In this document: piece after piece, positions 62,200 to 64,000 of the stretch
Numbering within the stretch: the first letter of the stretch is position 1
How the letters are laid out: each line of letters opens with the position of its first letter
Source of the DNA: Candidatus Cloacimonadales bacterium
GTDB lineage: Bacteria; Cloacimonadota; Cloacimonadia; Cloacimonadales; JAFGVF01
NCBI GenBank assembly: GCA_963678315.1
Contig: OY782781.1
Span: forward strand, 2,880,001-2,944,000
Length of the DNA: 64,000 bases
Direction: 5' to 3'
Notes under the pieces: generated by a model
Seen by the model: the letters and a program-made list of their open reading frames with translations, nothing else
Database searches by the model: none
Told to the model about the DNA's origin: nothing
Position numbers and translations under genes: made by a program

Positions 62200-63549
62200 G
62201 TGAATAAAAATAAATTGTTACAGAGTGAAAATATACCCCAGCTACTGCTTAAATTAACCATTCCTGCGACCATTGGAATGTTGGTTATGGCACTATATAA
62301 CATAGTAGATACTATTTTTATAGGTCGTTATATTGGACCTAAAGGAATAGCAGGCCTATCAATTGTTTTCCCAATTCAGTTAATTGTTATGGCATTTGGA
62401 CAACTTGTTGGTATGGGGGGAGCGTCAATAATATCTAGAGCATTTGGAGCTGAGGACTTTGAGAAAGCAAATCGTACTTTCGGCAATCAAGTAATTTCTA
62501 CTTTCTTCTTTTCAGCATTAGTTATTATCCCTGGGGTCATGTTCCCACAAGAGATATTAAAACTCTTTGGAGCAACCGATAGCATTTTACCATATTCACT
62601 AGATTACTATAGAATAGTTGTATTTAACGCATGGCTCTTCATGTTTGCTATGATGACCAACAACGTATTGAGGGCTGAAGGAAGAGCTAAGCTGGCAATG
62701 ACCAATATGATAATTTCGGCAGTTCTGAACATGATTTTAGATGCCGTTTTCATAGCTGGTTTAGGAATGGGTATTAAAGGAGCAGCCTTAGCAACAGTAA
62801 TAGCTCAAGGTATTGTTGTTCTTTATTTTATCTATCATTTCACTTTTGGACAAAGTTACTTCAAGATTAGATTAAAATATCTAATACCTAACTTCAAGCT
62901 ATTAAGAGAGATATATGCTATTGGATTATCAGCATTCTTTAGACAAGTCTCAGGTTCTTTGATCGTAGTGTTGATTAACAACAAACTTGCTTCTTTTGAT
63001 ACTCAAGGAATCTACATCGCTGTTTATGGAGTGATTAATAGACTTTGCTCGCTATTCTTCATGACAATGTTTGGTATTGCTCAAGGCTTACAACCTGTAC
63101 TTGGTTTTAACTATGGCGCTAAACGTCTTCATCTTGCTAAGAAATCAATCAGATTAGCCTTTACCTGGGCTACAGGAGTAGCATTAGTTAGTTTTGCACT
63201 CATAATGATTGTTCCTGAATCTTTGATTAGTATGTTTACTAAAGACCCTGAAGTTATTGCCAAAGGTACCTATGCAATGAGAAGAATCAACTTGTTATTC
63301 CCTCTCTTAGGTTTCCAGATTATTGGAGCAGTAATATTCCAATCTCTGGGTAAAGCTACTGAATCATTGATTTTAGCAATGTCTAGACAGGTAATATTCT
63401 TCTTACCAGCATTATATATACTATCTTATTATTTCCGCTTTGATGGAGTTTGGTATGCTTTTCCAGCAGCTGATATGATTTCAGTTCTTGTAACATTATT
63501 CTTTGTTAAAAAGGAATTGAATTCATGGAAGAAATTTCAAGTTAATTAA
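62200..63549 (+). CDS. MATE-family efflux transporter
   Basis: LYNIVDTIFIG, LRAEG, GIKGAALATV, QPVLGFNYGA; likely GTG start 62200 after GAGG. Confidence 0.92.
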   Translation: MNKNKLLQSENIPQLLLKLTIPATIGMLVMALYNIVDTIFIGRYIGPKGIAGLSIVFPIQLIVMAFGQLVGMGGASIISRAFGAEDFEKANRTFGNQVISTFFFSALVIIPGVMFPQEILKLFGATDSILPYSLDYYRIVVFNAWLFMFAMMTNNVLRAEGRAKLAMTNMIISAVLNMILDAVFIAGLGMGIKGAALATVIAQGIVVLYFIYHFTFGQSYFKIRLKYLIPNFKLLREIYAIGLSAFFRQVSGSLIVVLINNKLASFDTQGIYIAVYGVINRLCSLFFMTMFGIAQGLQPVLGFNYGAKRLHLAKKSIRLAFTWATGVALVSFALIMIVPESLISMFTKDPEVIAKGTYAMRRINLLFPLLGFQIIGAVIFQSLGKATESLILAMSRQVIFFLPALYILSYYFRFDGVWYAFPAADMISVLVTLFFVKKELNSWKKFQVN

Positions 63550-63711
63550 TGTGATTGAGTTAGACTTCTAACTGCCTTCTTACCCAAGCCCCTCCTGCAT
63601 AAAAAGCCGATTTAATGCTGGAGACCTTTAATCATTAAGTAAAAAAGAAGAGTAATAAATTACTCCTCCCATTTTGAAATTTGTTACTGGTTAAAATAAA
63701 ACTGTTGAATA

Positions 63712-64000
63712 TTAATTCATTATCTGAAGTTTATTATTTTCTTTAGCAGTCTTACTTAATTCAGCTACATAAGAGTGAACATACATTTGAGACTTACCAT
63801 CTATAAGGCAATCAAACATAAAGTCTTTTCTTTCATGTTGATTAAGATTAGTCCCTTGGCAACGTTCAGTAACAAGAATCAAGTGATGCCCAAATTCAGA
63901 TTTAATTGGTAAAGAAACTTCATTGAGGTTAATATCAAAAATAATATCATCTAGCTCTTTGATTAGGACATTCGGTATAACATAGCCCATATCGCCACAT
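63712..64000 (-). CDS. PpiC/parvulin-type peptidyl-prolyl isomerase, C-terminal part (5' end outside the window)
   Basis: GDMGYV...EVSLPIKSEFGHHLILV. Confidence 0.65.
   Translation of the reverse strand, partial: CGDMGYVIPNVLIKELDDIIFDINLNEVSLPIKSEFGHHLILVTERCQGTNLNQHERKDFMFDCLIDGKSQMYVHSYVAELSKTAKENNKLQIMN

Overview
AT-rich bacterial chromosome segment, probably from an anaerobe of Candidatus Cloacimonadota (inference from repeated NYPNPFNPETTI...MILMK C-terminal domains, the kat-kce lysine fermentation pair and hydG). It holds [FeFe]-hydrogenase maturation genes, an AbiL/RloAB-like pair, a complete type I BREX operon (brxA-brxB-brxC-pglX-pglZ-brxL), tldD/pmbA, exonuclease III, an ABC transporter fused to an M1 peptidase, secreted proteins, aqpZ, a decaying defence island next to tmRNA, and housekeeping genes. 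Main signals missed by the ORF track: (1) two ORFs split by an in-frame TGA followed by a SECIS-like hairpin, i.e. probable selenoproteins (secreted UxxC thioredoxin-fold protein, 34687-36186; DUF1573-like plus rhodanese protein, 24554-25252); (2) a 27-bp palindrome inside the rhuM coding sequence that recurs at 26/27 identity beside its putative promoter; (3) a terminator/antiterminator leader upstream of the hydG operon; (4) a conserved non-coding element in inverted orientation beside both defence loci; (5) a nuclease-STAND NTPase defence candidate; (6) a structured 125-bp repeat array between a small GIY-YIG gene and the tmRNA 3' end. All family calls come from reading motifs by eye; no database search was run.
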